Below are positions 38,693 through 48,651 of a stretch of 56,626 nt of DNA, piece after piece. A program made the position numbers and the translations under genes. How positions within the stretch are numbered: the first letter of the stretch is position 1; each line of letters starts with the position of its first letter. Source of the stretch: an uncultured Bacteroides sp. (GTDB lineage Bacteria > Bacillota > Clostridia > Oscillospirales > Ruminococcaceae); NCBI GenBank assembly GCA_964369715.1, contig CAYJGV010000003.1, positions 14,416-71,041 of the forward strand, given 5' to 3'. The notes under the pieces are model-generated. The model did no database searches, was not told the origin of the DNA, and saw only the letters and a list, made by a program, of their open reading frames with translations.

Positions 38693-38777
38693 TTATTGTT
38701 TTAAATATTTATTAAAAATAAATTTAATATAATATAGTTCAGTTAAAAGTAAAAACTAAGCTTAGAGGAATGATTAA

Positions 38778-39896
38778 ATGACATATGATAAAATAATTAT
38801 AGGTGCGGGTTTATATGGGCTTTATGCGGCAGAAAAATGCGGCAAAAAAGGCGAAAACGTGTTGGTGATTGAAAGAGATTCAGCGCCTTTCATGCGTGCT
38901 ACTTACATAAACCAAGCTCGTGTGCACATGGGGTATCATTACCCACGAAGCTATTCCACAGCGATAAAAAGTGCAAATTATTTTGAAAGGTTTCACAAAG
39001 ATTATGCCTTTTGCGAAAGGTTTGATTTTGACCAAGTTTATTCAACGGGCACACAGTTTAGTTGGACAAATGCAAAAGAGTTTAAAAGCTTTTGCAAGGC
39101 GGCAAATATTATGTGTGAAGATTTACCTATAAGTAAATACTTCAATGATGGCATGTGCGACGGCGCATTTTTAACTAAAGAATACACATATGATGCACAG
39201 GTTTTAAAAGATTATATTTTAAATGAATTAAAACAGTTAAAAAATGTTACAATTAATTATGATGAAAAACCAATAAAAATTAACAAACAAGACGAAAAAT
39301 ACATTGTTTTAACAGATAAAAAACAACAATATGAAACACCGTATATTTTAAATGCAACCTATGCAGGGGTTAATAATATACATGAACTTATGGGGTTTAC
39401 GCCATTTGCAATTAAATACGAACTATGTGAAATTATTCTTTGCACGGTAGATGAAAGATTGAAAGATGTCGGAATTACCGTGATGGATGGCCCGTTTTTC
39501 TCGCTTATGCCTTTTGGGCAAACAGGTCTGCACAGTTTAACTGCTGTTTGTCACACGCCGCATAAAACAAGTTTTGAGTCTCAGCCAACTTTCGATTGTC
39601 AAAAACGCAGTGAGGGAAAATGTACACCACAAAGCCTTTACAATTGTAACGAATGTAATGCAAAACCAGAGAGCGCATGGCCTCAAATGAGCCAATTAGC
39701 GCGTAAATTTTTGAAAAGCGAATATAAATTTGAATATCACAGCAGTTTGTTTAGCATGAAACCAATTTTGAAATCCAGCGAAATTGACGATTCTCGCCCA
39801 ACCGTGGTAAGAAAATTTACACAAAACCCAACATTTGTAAGTGTTTTGTCGGGTAAAATTAACACAGTATATGATTTAGATGAGGTGCTATTTTGA
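38778..39896 (+). CDS. FAD-dependent oxidoreductase (DAO-like)
   Basis: IIGAGLYG, NQARVHMGYHYPRS, MDGPFFS, SGKINT. Confidence 0.85.
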   Translation: MTYDKIIIGAGLYGLYAAEKCGKKGENVLVIERDSAPFMRATYINQARVHMGYHYPRSYSTAIKSANYFERFHKDYAFCERFDFDQVYSTGTQFSWTNAKEFKSFCKAANIMCEDLPISKYFNDGMCDGAFLTKEYTYDAQVLKDYILNELKQLKNVTINYDEKPIKINKQDEKYIVLTDKKQQYETPYILNATYAGVNNIHELMGFTPFAIKYELCEIILCTVDERLKDVGITVMDGPFFSLMPFGQTGLHSLTAVCHTPHKTSFESQPTFDCQKRSEGKCTPQSLYNCNECNAKPESAWPQMSQLARKFLKSEYKFEYHSSLFSMKPILKSSEIDDSRPTVVRKFTQNPTFVSVLSGKINTVYDLDEVLF

Positions 39897-40813
39897 AAAA
39901 TAAAGAGAGCAATTTTGCAAGTGCGGTAATATATGTTAATAATAATGCGTTAAAAATAGAAAGTTTTTTAAAAAATATAAATAATGTTTTAAATGAGCGT
40001 TTTGCACATTATGAAATTGTTATTGTTAATGATGCATCTAAAGACGGCAGTGTTAAAACTATTAAAGAGTTTGCTAAAAATAATGATGTCCCGTTAACTT
40101 TGGTTAATATGAGCACAAACCAAGGCTGCGAAATGTGCATGAATGCTGGAGTTGACGCTTGCATAGGCGATTTTGTGTTTGAGTTTGACACATGCGAAGC
40201 TGAATTTGATTTCGAGCTTTTAAACACAGCCTATGATAAAGCATTAACCGGCTTTGATATTGTTACAGTAGGCCCTATAAAAAACCGAAATCTATTTAGT
40301 AGTTTGTTTTATGCTGTTTTTAACGCAGGCTTTAAGGCGCAACATAAATTACACACAGACGTTTTTAGGCTTTTAAGTAGAAGAGCAATTAACAGAGTTA
40401 GGGCAGTTACTGATGTGCCCACATATAGAAAAGCCGCATATGCCGCAAGTGGGCTTAAACTTGTTTCAATTCAAGATGTAAGCGTGCGCTCTTTTGAAGA
40501 TGCAAGTGGTTCACCACGTTCAAGCCTTGCTGTAAATTCACTAATGCTTTACACAAGCACGGCTTATAAAATTAGCTTTGGTATTGCAGCACTAATGTTT
40601 TTTGCGACTGTTGCGGAACTTATTTACACTTTGGTAATTTATTTTGGCGGTGGCTCACCAATAGAGGGCTGGACAACCACAATGCTTGTGTTGACTGTTG
40701 GTTTTTGTGGCGTGTTTGTAATACTTACAATGGTGCTTAAATATCTATCATTATTGGTTAATTTGATTTTTAAAGAGCATAAATACCTCGTTGAAAGCGT
40801 GGAAAAATTATAA
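39893..40813 (+). CDS. GT2 GtrB/ArnC-like protein with two C-terminal TMs, degenerate DxD
   Basis: EIVIVNDASKDGS, DVFRLLSRRA, IEGWTT; FEFDTC where the D.DLQ motif is expected. Confidence 0.78.
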   Translation: MKNKESNFASAVIYVNNNALKIESFLKNINNVLNERFAHYEIVIVNDASKDGSVKTIKEFAKNNDVPLTLVNMSTNQGCEMCMNAGVDACIGDFVFEFDTCEAEFDFELLNTAYDKALTGFDIVTVGPIKNRNLFSSLFYAVFNAGFKAQHKLHTDVFRLLSRRAINRVRAVTDVPTYRKAAYAASGLKLVSIQDVSVRSFEDASGSPRSSLAVNSLMLYTSTAYKISFGIAALMFFATVAELIYTLVIYFGGGSPIEGWTTTMLVLTVGFCGVFVILTMVLKYLSLLVNLIFKEHKYLVESVEKL

Positions 40814-42529
40814 ATGAATTTATCGTTTGCTAAAACGCAAAACAATATCAAAAATATGTTTAAGCAAGATTGCAAACGCCGCACATTTTTTATTGTTGCG
40901 GCTGTTTTGCTTTGCATTAAACTTCTTTTGGCAAATGAGCAAATGATTTTTATTACACCATTAAGTGCCCCAATTGATGACAATTTGATGTACGATAGGG
41001 CAAAAAGCATTTTAAGCGGAGATTGGCTTGGTGAATACAACTGGCTTACGATGAGCAAATATATGTTTTATCCACTTTATTTGGCTCTTGTAAATATGTT
41101 AAATATACCATATTTATTATTTGGACAATTGTTGTATGCGTTTTCGTGTATCATCAGCATAAATGCTGTAAGTCCGATAATAAAACAATATAAGCCAAAA
41201 CTGATTTTGCTGTTTTTATTATTGTTTAATCCGGCACAAACAGCGGCTGCAGTGCAACTTAGAATTTACAGGGATAATATTACAAGTGCGTTTGCACTTT
41301 TGATTTTTGCAGGTTTTATAGGTCTATCCCTCAGATACAAAAGTGATATCAAAAAAAGTTTACCATATGCTGTGTTTGCAGGAATTGGTATTGCAGCTAG
41401 TGTTTTAAATAGGGAAGACGGCACATGGTTTTTGGTTTTTTGCATAGCTGTAAGTTTGGGTACGGCAATTTATATCATCTTGGATAAAGATGTTAAAAAC
41501 AAAGTAATCAAGATTGTTTTGCAAATTATTCCATATATGTTTTTGGCCGTAGGCATTTTAATTTTCAGCTTATTAAACTATAATTATTACGGTCGTTTTA
41601 TTGTAAGTGATTTCACCAGCACCGAATTTAATGATGCGTGCGGCGCATTTATGAGAGTTAGCACATCAGAAGAGTTTGAACAAATTGATAAAATACCTGT
41701 TAGCTCACAGGCTCTATTGGCGATTTCAAATGAAGTTGAAAGCTTTAAACCTGTTTATGAAAAATTGAATTCATTTGACATAATGCGAGATTACGGTGCA
41801 ATTGACGGCAATGGTGAATATAATGCGGGCTCTTTTTATTGGGCGTTAAGGCGAAGTGTATACGAGAGTGGTCTTGCTGATACAGCACAAGAGGCACAAA
41901 TTTACTATACAAATTTGGCAAATGAAATAAATACGCTTTGCGATGATGGGGTTTTGCCATCAAACGGCGGCAAAATAAGCACAAGCTTAACTCCGTTTAA
42001 TATAAAATATCTTTTGCCCACCATACAAGAGGGCTTTATGAATTTAATTAGGATATTAACATTCAGTGAGGCAGAACCGCAGTTTGAAAAAATATCTATT
42101 TCACCACCTGATTTACAAGCAGAATACGAAAATTTTACGAAAAACGCAAGTAATATTTCTGCAAAACCCCATACAGATGACGCCTATTATCTTCCAAGGC
42201 AGGAATTTGCTTATAATGTTTTTGATATTATAAAATATATTATTTCATGCTTATCAATAATTGCATTTGTAATGGCTGTTTTTTGGCAATTTAGCAAAAT
42301 TACAACAAAAGCAATCGGTGAAAATTCAATATTGTGGTGGCTAAATTTAGGGCTATTGTTAAGCGTTTTATTGCGTTGTTTTATTGTGGCGTATCTTTTT
42401 GTAACAGCTTTTAATGACAATGTAAGTAGAATTGCATATTTGTGTGCAGTGCACCCGGCTATGTTGATGTTTTGCTTTATAGGTGCTTACAAAGCTTGGC
42501 TAGAGTTAAGGAGAAGAAAAATTGGTTGA
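40814..42529 (+). CDS. Polytopic membrane protein, putative GT-C glycosyltransferase of a second family
   Basis: DD motif after TM1 (PIDDNL), YPLYLA, IYRD, NRED, large extracytoplasmic loop, C-terminal TMs. Confidence 0.6.
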   Translation: MNLSFAKTQNNIKNMFKQDCKRRTFFIVAAVLLCIKLLLANEQMIFITPLSAPIDDNLMYDRAKSILSGDWLGEYNWLTMSKYMFYPLYLALVNMLNIPYLLFGQLLYAFSCIISINAVSPIIKQYKPKLILLFLLLFNPAQTAAAVQLRIYRDNITSAFALLIFAGFIGLSLRYKSDIKKSLPYAVFAGIGIAASVLNREDGTWFLVFCIAVSLGTAIYIILDKDVKNKVIKIVLQIIPYMFLAVGILIFSLLNYNYYGRFIVSDFTSTEFNDACGAFMRVSTSEEFEQIDKIPVSSQALLAISNEVESFKPVYEKLNSFDIMRDYGAIDGNGEYNAGSFYWALRRSVYESGLADTAQEAQIYYTNLANEINTLCDDGVLPSNGGKISTSLTPFNIKYLLPTIQEGFMNLIRILTFSEAEPQFEKISISPPDLQAEYENFTKNASNISAKPHTDDAYYLPRQEFAYNVFDIIKYIISCLSIIAFVMAVFWQFSKITTKAIGENSILWWLNLGLLLSVLLRCFIVAYLFVTAFNDNVSRIAYLCAVHPAMLMFCFIGAYKAWLELRRRKIG

Positions 42530-43745
42530 TTTATGCATAATAGGCGCAGGAGCAGCAGGGCTTTTTGCCGCAGGTGCTGCAAGCGAAAACGGGCACAGTG
42601 TGACAGTGCTTGAACATATGCCCGGTACAGGCAAAAAACTGCTTATTACAGGCAAGGGGCGCTGTAATGTTATAAATAATTGTACGGTTGAAGAATTTAT
42701 GCAAAACCTGAAAACAAACCCAAGGTTTTTATATTCTGCTTTAAATTCATGTCCGCCGTCTTTTGTTATGGATTTATTTGAACATACTTTAAATATTCCG
42801 CTAAAAACAGAAAGAGGCAGAAGGGTTTTTCCAAAAAGTGATAGAGCCGAAGATATTTTAAACGCACTTTTAAATTATTCAAAAAACGCTGATATTATGT
42901 GTAATTCAAAGGCTCAAGAGTTAATAATTGAAAATAATATAGTTAAAGGTGTTAAATTAAAAAGTGGCAAAATTATAAATGCAAAAAATGTTTTAATTGC
43001 CACAGGTGGTTTTTCTTACCAAGTAACCGGCAGCACAGGCGATGGCTATAAATTGGCAAAGCAAGCAGGGCACACAATAGTAAAACCACAGCCAAGTTTA
43101 GTTTCACTTGTAGAAAAAGGTAGCACATGCAAAAAAATGATGGGGCTTTCTTTAAGAAATGTAAATTTGACTTTGCTAGAAAATAATAAGAGCATCTATG
43201 AAGAAATGGGCGAGATGCTTTTCACCCATTTTGGCGTTTCGGGTCCGCTAGTTTTAAGTTCAAGTGCGCATATAAGAGATTTAAATAAGTATAATTATTC
43301 AATAAGTATAGATTTAAAACCGGCACTTAGTGAAGAAGTTTTAGACAAACGTTTGATTAATGATTTTGAAATTTTGGCAAATAAAGATGTTGCTAACTGT
43401 CTTGTTAAATTATTACCCTCATCAATGCAAAATGTTGTGCTTGAAAAATGGGGCGTAGATATCAACAAAAAGGCAAATCAAATAAGCAAAGAAGAAAGAG
43501 CAAAACTTGTAAAATTGCTTAAATCTTTCACAATAGATATTAAATCAAAAGGTGATTTAGAACATGCTATAATTACAAGTGGCGGTGTAAATGTCAAGGA
43601 AATTAACCCAAAAACAATGCAAAGCAAATTATGTGAAAATTTATATTTCGCAGGAGAAGTTATTGACGTCGATGCATATACAGGTGGGTATAATTTGGGC
43701 ATTGCATTTGCAACGGCATATGCCGCTGCACAAAATATAACGTAA
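42522..43745 (+). CDS. HI0933/BaiN-family flavoprotein
   Basis: IIGAGAAG, GKKLLITGKGRCNV, GSTGDGY, LFTHFGVSGP, GEVIDVDAYTGGYN. Confidence 0.93.
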   Translation: MVDLCIIGAGAAGLFAAGAASENGHSVTVLEHMPGTGKKLLITGKGRCNVINNCTVEEFMQNLKTNPRFLYSALNSCPPSFVMDLFEHTLNIPLKTERGRRVFPKSDRAEDILNALLNYSKNADIMCNSKAQELIIENNIVKGVKLKSGKIINAKNVLIATGGFSYQVTGSTGDGYKLAKQAGHTIVKPQPSLVSLVEKGSTCKKMMGLSLRNVNLTLLENNKSIYEEMGEMLFTHFGVSGPLVLSSSAHIRDLNKYNYSISIDLKPALSEEVLDKRLINDFEILANKDVANCLVKLLPSSMQNVVLEKWGVDINKKANQISKEERAKLVKLLKSFTIDIKSKGDLEHAIITSGGVNVKEINPKTMQSKLCENLYFAGEVIDVDAYTGGYNLGIAFATAYAAAQNIT

Positions 43746-43818
43746 ATTTTACTTGTAATGCAATTAAAAAGGCATTATTATATAATAAGCAAAACAAATT
43801 TATAAAGGAGAAATTATT

Positions 43819-44490
43819 ATGATTTCAATTGCTATAGATGGTCCCTCAGGTGCAGGAAAAAGCACATTATCACGTAAAATAGCACAAAAACTTAATTTTA
43901 TTTATGTTGATACAGGTGCAATGTACAGAACTATAGGCCTTGCAGTTTTAAATGCAGATATCGAGCCTAAAGATGAGCAAAATGTATGCGATTATCTCGC
44001 TAATATAAATTTAGATTTACGATATGTAAATGGTGAACAGCGCATGTTTTTAAATGGCGAAGATGTTTCAGATAAAATAAGAACACCTGAGGTTTCAATG
44101 GCAGCTTCAGATGTAAGCGCACATGTTGCTGTAAGGGCATTTTTGCTTGATGAACAACGTAACCTTGCAAATAACAACAATGCTTTAATGGACGGCAGAG
44201 ATATAGGCACAGTTGTTTTACCAAATGCAGATATAAAAATATTTTTAACAGCAAGTGCCGAGGACAGGGCACAAAGACGCTTTGAGGAACTTTTGCAAAA
44301 AGGACAAGACGTTAAATACGAAGACGTGCTTAACGATGTTGTAACAAGGGATAAAAATGATGAAAGCCGTGCAGCGGCACCGCTTAAACCTGCCGATGAT
44401 GCAATTTTAGTTAATACGACAGGTAACACTTTTGAGCAATCATTTGAATTACTTTATAATATGATTAAAAATAATATGGAAAAGGGATAA
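43819..44490 (+). CDS. cmk: Cytidylate kinase
   Basis: IDGPSGAGKST, DTGAMYR, DGRDIGTVV, KIFLTAS. Confidence 0.98.
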   Translation: MISIAIDGPSGAGKSTLSRKIAQKLNFIYVDTGAMYRTIGLAVLNADIEPKDEQNVCDYLANINLDLRYVNGEQRMFLNGEDVSDKIRTPEVSMAASDVSAHVAVRAFLLDEQRNLANNNNALMDGRDIGTVVLPNADIKIFLTASAEDRAQRRFEELLQKGQDVKYEDVLNDVVTRDKNDESRAAAPLKPADDAILVNTTGNTFEQSFELLYNMIKNNMEKG

Positions 44491-44494
44491 AATA

Positions 44495-45109
44495 ATGTTA
44501 TATGTAATTTCTATTTCTCTAATACGTGTGTTTTGCGTTTTGTTTTATGGTATGCGATTTAAAGGCAGAGAGAATTTACCAAAGGACAGGGGATATATAA
44601 TTTGCCCTAACCATGTGAGCGCACTTGACGTTTTGAATGTTGCATCTGCAAGATTATGGGGCAAACGGATGATTATTTTAGCTAAAGATGAACTTTTTAA
44701 ATCTAAATTTGTAAATTGGTATTTGTCAAAAATGGGCGCAGTTGCGGTTAATAGAGGCAAGGGCGATGTGGACATGATTGAAAATACCATTGAGAAAATT
44801 AAAAAGGGCAGATCATGTTTGGTTTTTCCTGAGGGAACACGCTCTAAAACAGGTGAGCTTTTAAAATTAAAATCAGGTGCATTTGTAATTGCAGCACAAG
44901 CTCAAGTAGATATAGTGCCGTGCAGAGTTATTTATAAAGGTGGAAAACCAAAGGTTTTTGGGCGCTGTACGGTTATTTTTGATAAACCTCTAACCATTGA
45001 AGAAATGAAATTATCCGAAGTGAAAAATGCAAAAGTACTAAGAGACTGCAAAGCTCTTTTAACTGAACGCTTAGAAAAATTACTAGAGAATAACAAACAA
45101 TATATTTAG
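44495..45109 (+). CDS. plsC: 1-acyl-sn-glycerol-3-phosphate acyltransferase
   Basis: NHVSALD, AKDELF, FPEGTRS; cmk-plsC-ispH context. Confidence 0.9.
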   Translation: MLYVISISLIRVFCVLFYGMRFKGRENLPKDRGYIICPNHVSALDVLNVASARLWGKRMIILAKDELFKSKFVNWYLSKMGAVAVNRGKGDVDMIENTIEKIKKGRSCLVFPEGTRSKTGELLKLKSGAFVIAAQAQVDIVPCRVIYKGGKPKVFGRCTVIFDKPLTIEEMKLSEVKNAKVLRDCKALLTERLEKLLENNKQYI

Positions 45110-45199
45110 TTTTTTAACAAAACAACATTGTTTTTAGCATAAAAAATTGATTTAAAATATAAAATAGAATAAAAATATAAAAAAATTAACATAATTTGC

Positions 45200-45228
45200 T
45201 TTACAAAAGACAAATTATGTTGTATCAT
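45200..45228 (+). promoter_or_regulatory. Putative sigma-A promoter of ispH-rpsA
   Basis: TTTACA-N17-TATCAT. Confidence 0.5.
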
Positions 45229-45277
45229 GTTGATATAACGTTAATTTTTATTAATGTTAATGGAAAGTTAGGCAAAA

Positions 45278-47245
45278 ATGGCAAAAATATTAAAAGCAAA
45301 AACCGCAGGGTTTTGCTTTGGTGTAGAAAGAGCGGTTGTGATGGCCTACGACCTGCTTAACCAAGGCAAAAAAATTGCGACATTAGGGCCTTTAATTCAC
45401 AACAAACAATGTGTTGATGACTTAGAAAAATTAGGTGCATTAACCGCAAATGATATCAGTGAAATTCCACATGATTATGAAGTTATCATACGAAGTCATG
45501 GTGTTTCACTCGAAGTTTATGAAAACTTATCTAAAGCGGGGAATATTGTCCATGATGCAACTTGCCCGTTTGTCACAAAAATACACAGGATAGCTGAACT
45601 TGCGGATAAAGAAAAGAAAATTCTTTTAGTTGCGGGTGATGAAAATCACCCGGAGGTTAAAGGCATTGTGGGGCACACAAATGGCAAAGTTTTCACTTTC
45701 AACGATTTAGATAAACTTAAAGTCGTTTTAGATGAAAATTTTGTTCAAAATGACATGTATATTGTGTCACAAACCACTTTTGAAAAAACAAAATGGTTAC
45801 AATGCTGCAATTTTATAAAAAAAGTATGTACAAACGCTAAAATTTTTGATACAATATGTAGTGCAACGTGGACTAGGCAAAATGAGGCGGAAGAACTTAG
45901 CCAAAAATGTGACTGTATGGTCGTCATAGGTGGCAGACATTCTTCCAATACACAGAAACTTTCAGCTGTTGCCCAAAAACACACAAAAGTTTACAGCGTG
46001 GAAACAAAGGCAGATTTAATGCCGGAGTATTTTTTAAACGCTAAAACAATTGGTGTAACAGCGGGGGCTTCAACGCCGTCGTCTATAATTGAGGAGGTAC
46101 TGAGCAGTATGAGTGAGATAATTAAAGAAGAAGAAATGAGCTTTGAGGAGATGATTGAAGCCTCTATGAAGCCGGTTTTCGCAGGACAAATTGTGAAAGG
46201 AATTGTAACGGCTGTTTCACAAAGTGAGGTTCAAGTTGACATCGGAATGAAACAAACAGGTTTTGTTAAATTTGAGGAGCTTACAAACGATTCTTCGGCT
46301 AAAGTAGATGATTTAGTTAAGAAAGGTGACGAACTCGATCTCATGGTAATCAGTGTCAAAGACCAAGACGGTATTGTTTACCTTTCAAAACGTAAACTCG
46401 ATGAGAACAAGGGCAGAGTTGCCGTTCAAGAGGCTGTCGAGAGCGGAGAGGTTATGGATGGCTATGTAACAGAGTCTAACACAGGCGGTTTAGTTGTTTT
46501 AGTTAACAATGTGCGTGTGTTTGTACCACGTTCACAAGCTACGCTTCGCCATAGCGAAGATTATACAAAACTTGTAAAACAAAATGTACGCCTAAAAATT
46601 ATTCAATGTGAAGGCAGACATATTGTTGGTTCAATTAGGCAAGTTCTTGCCGGTGAGGCTGACGCTCAAAGGGAAACTTTCTGGGCAGATGTTGAAGAGG
46701 GCAAACAATATAAAGGCACTGTTAAAAGCCTTACAAACTATGGTGCGTTTATCGACATTGGCGGTGTAGACGGCCTTGTACACATAAGCGAGTTATCATG
46801 GGATAGAATTAAGCATCCATCTGCTGTTTTGGCTGTGGGTGATGAAATTGAAGTTTATGTTAAAGAGCTTGACAGAGAAAACAAAAAAGTTTCATTGGGC
46901 TATAAAAAATCTCAAGATAACCCATGGGAAAAACTTAAAAATGAATTCCCTGTTGGCAGTGTGTTTAAATCACCTGTTGTTTCACTGACAAAATTTGGCG
47001 CATTCATCCGTATTTTACCGGGTGTTGATGGCCTTGTGCATGTAAGTGAAATTGCGCATGAGCGCATTGAAAAAGTATCAGATGCGCTTAAAGTTGGACA
47101 AGAAGTTGAAGTTAAATTAACTGATGTTGACTTTGATAAAAAACGCATTAGTCTTTCTATGAAAGCTCTTATAGAAAAACCTGAAGGCGAAGAAGTTGAG
47201 CCTGAAGCAGTTGAAGAGAGCACACAAGAAGAAAGTGCAGAATAA
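45278..47245 (+). CDS. ispH-rpsA: Fused HMBPP reductase / ribosomal protein S1
   Basis: GFCFGVERA, DATCPFV, DTICSAT, SSNT, TAGASTP; then four S1 repeats (DGLVHISE, DGLVHVSE). Confidence 0.96.
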   Translation: MAKILKAKTAGFCFGVERAVVMAYDLLNQGKKIATLGPLIHNKQCVDDLEKLGALTANDISEIPHDYEVIIRSHGVSLEVYENLSKAGNIVHDATCPFVTKIHRIAELADKEKKILLVAGDENHPEVKGIVGHTNGKVFTFNDLDKLKVVLDENFVQNDMYIVSQTTFEKTKWLQCCNFIKKVCTNAKIFDTICSATWTRQNEAEELSQKCDCMVVIGGRHSSNTQKLSAVAQKHTKVYSVETKADLMPEYFLNAKTIGVTAGASTPSSIIEEVLSSMSEIIKEEEMSFEEMIEASMKPVFAGQIVKGIVTAVSQSEVQVDIGMKQTGFVKFEELTNDSSAKVDDLVKKGDELDLMVISVKDQDGIVYLSKRKLDENKGRVAVQEAVESGEVMDGYVTESNTGGLVVLVNNVRVFVPRSQATLRHSEDYTKLVKQNVRLKIIQCEGRHIVGSIRQVLAGEADAQRETFWADVEEGKQYKGTVKSLTNYGAFIDIGGVDGLVHISELSWDRIKHPSAVLAVGDEIEVYVKELDRENKKVSLGYKKSQDNPWEKLKNEFPVGSVFKSPVVSLTKFGAFIRILPGVDGLVHVSEIAHERIEKVSDALKVGQEVEVKLTDVDFDKKRISLSMKALIEKPEGEEVEPEAVEESTQEESAE

Positions 47246-47274
47246 TTTTTCAATTAATTAAAATTATATTTACA

Positions 47275-47319
47275 ATAAAATTGTCATTTCTTTAAAAGAT
47301 TTGACAATTTTATTTTTTT
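47275..47319 (+). terminator. Intrinsic terminator after ispH-rpsA
   Basis: ATAAAATTGTCA/TGACAATTTTAT stem followed by a T-run. Confidence 0.7.
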
Positions 47320-47390
47320 GTAAAATTTGTGATTTTATACCACAAAATTAAAATTTTTGAAATTTATTGATAAAAATTTTCGAAAAAGTA

Positions 47391-47419
47391 TTGACATTAT
47401 CTAAAATAAAAAGTATAGT
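47391..47419 (+). promoter_or_regulatory. Sigma-A promoter of potABCD
   Basis: TTGACA-N17-TATAGT. Confidence 0.8.
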
Positions 47420-47595
47420 ATCATTTGCATGTAAAAAACATGCTACATCTTATTCAAAAAGACGACCGTATGCATCACTGTAGCCGAAATTGATTTTTTG
47501 GTGTAACAAACCTTTTGCGGGGTGGCGTAATTGGCGTCTGCTTTATAACAAATTTTCTGTTATAAAGACAATTTCCGCAAAGGGGGATGCAGTTA

Positions 47596-48645
47596 GTGGA
47601 AAATTCAATGATTGTCGAATTAAAGGACATTGTAGTCGATTTTGACTCCCAAACTATTTTAAAAAGTTTGAGTCTCGATATACATGATAAAGAATTTGTA
47701 ACTTTGCTAGGGCCATCAGGCTGTGGTAAAACTACAACTTTACGTGTTATCGGTGGTTTTATTGAACCAAAATCGGGCAATGTCTTTTTTGGCGGCAAAA
47801 ACATCACGAAGCTACCGCCTTATAAAAGGCAGGTAAACACGGTTTTTCAAAAGTATGCGCTTTTCCCACACTTAAATGTGTATGAAAATGTAGCCTTTGG
47901 CTTGCGCCTTAAAAAAACCGAAGAAAAGCAAATTAAGCACAGTGTTTTAGAAATGCTTGAGCTTGTTGGCTTAAAAGGCTTTGAAAGAAGAAGCACAGCA
48001 ACGCTTTCAGGGGGACAACAACAGCGTGTTGCAATTGCAAGGGCGCTTGTAAACAGCCCTAAGGTCTTGTTGCTGGACGAACCGCTTGGAGCGCTTGATT
48101 TAAAATTGCGCAAAGAAATGCAAATCGAGCTAAAGCGTATTCAACAAAGCCTTGATATAACGTTTATTTACGTTACACATGACCAAGAAGAGGCGCTTAC
48201 AATGTCCGACACTGTTGTGGTTATGGACAAAGGCAAAATTCAGCAAATCGGTTCAGCACAGGATATTTACAACGAACCTGAAAATGCATTTGTTGCCGAT
48301 TTTATCGGAGAGTCAAACATAATCGAAGGCATAATGATTAAAGACTTTAGGGTTGAATTTCAAGGCCAAGAATTTGATTGTGTAGACAAGGGTTTTGGCA
48401 AAAATGAAATTGTTCAAATTGTTGTGCGCCCTGAAGACGTGCAAATTGTGCCTGCAATTCAAGGGCAAATAACAGGCATGGTTGAAAACGTCATATTTAA
48501 AGGTGTGCATTTTGAAATGCATGTGCGCAGTGGCGAAAAATTATGGCTTGTGCATTCAACTCAGGCTGCCATTGCGGGTGAATTAGTGGGTATGCGTATA
48601 GGCCCCGATGAAATTCACATAATGCGAAAAGCGCAGGAGGCGTAA
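47596..48645 (+). CDS. potA: Spermidine/putrescine ABC transporter ATPase
   Basis: [38 protein letters not shown] at 47596 is properly spaced from the AAGGGGG SD (ORF track starts at 47587). Confidence 0.93.
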   Translation: MENSMIVELKDIVVDFDSQTILKSLSLDIHDKEFVTLLGPSGCGKTTTLRVIGGFIEPKSGNVFFGGKNITKLPPYKRQVNTVFQKYALFPHLNVYENVAFGLRLKKTEEKQIKHSVLEMLELVGLKGFERRSTATLSGGQQQRVAIARALVNSPKVLLLDEPLGALDLKLRKEMQIELKRIQQSLDITFIYVTHDQEEALTMSDTVVVMDKGKIQQIGSAQDIYNEPENAFVADFIGESNIIEGIMIKDFRVEFQGQEFDCVDKGFGKNEIVQIVVRPEDVQIVPAIQGQITGMVENVIFKGVHFEMHVRSGEKLWLVHSTQAAIAGELVGMRIGPDEIHIMRKAQEA

Positions 48646-48651
48646 CGGCCT

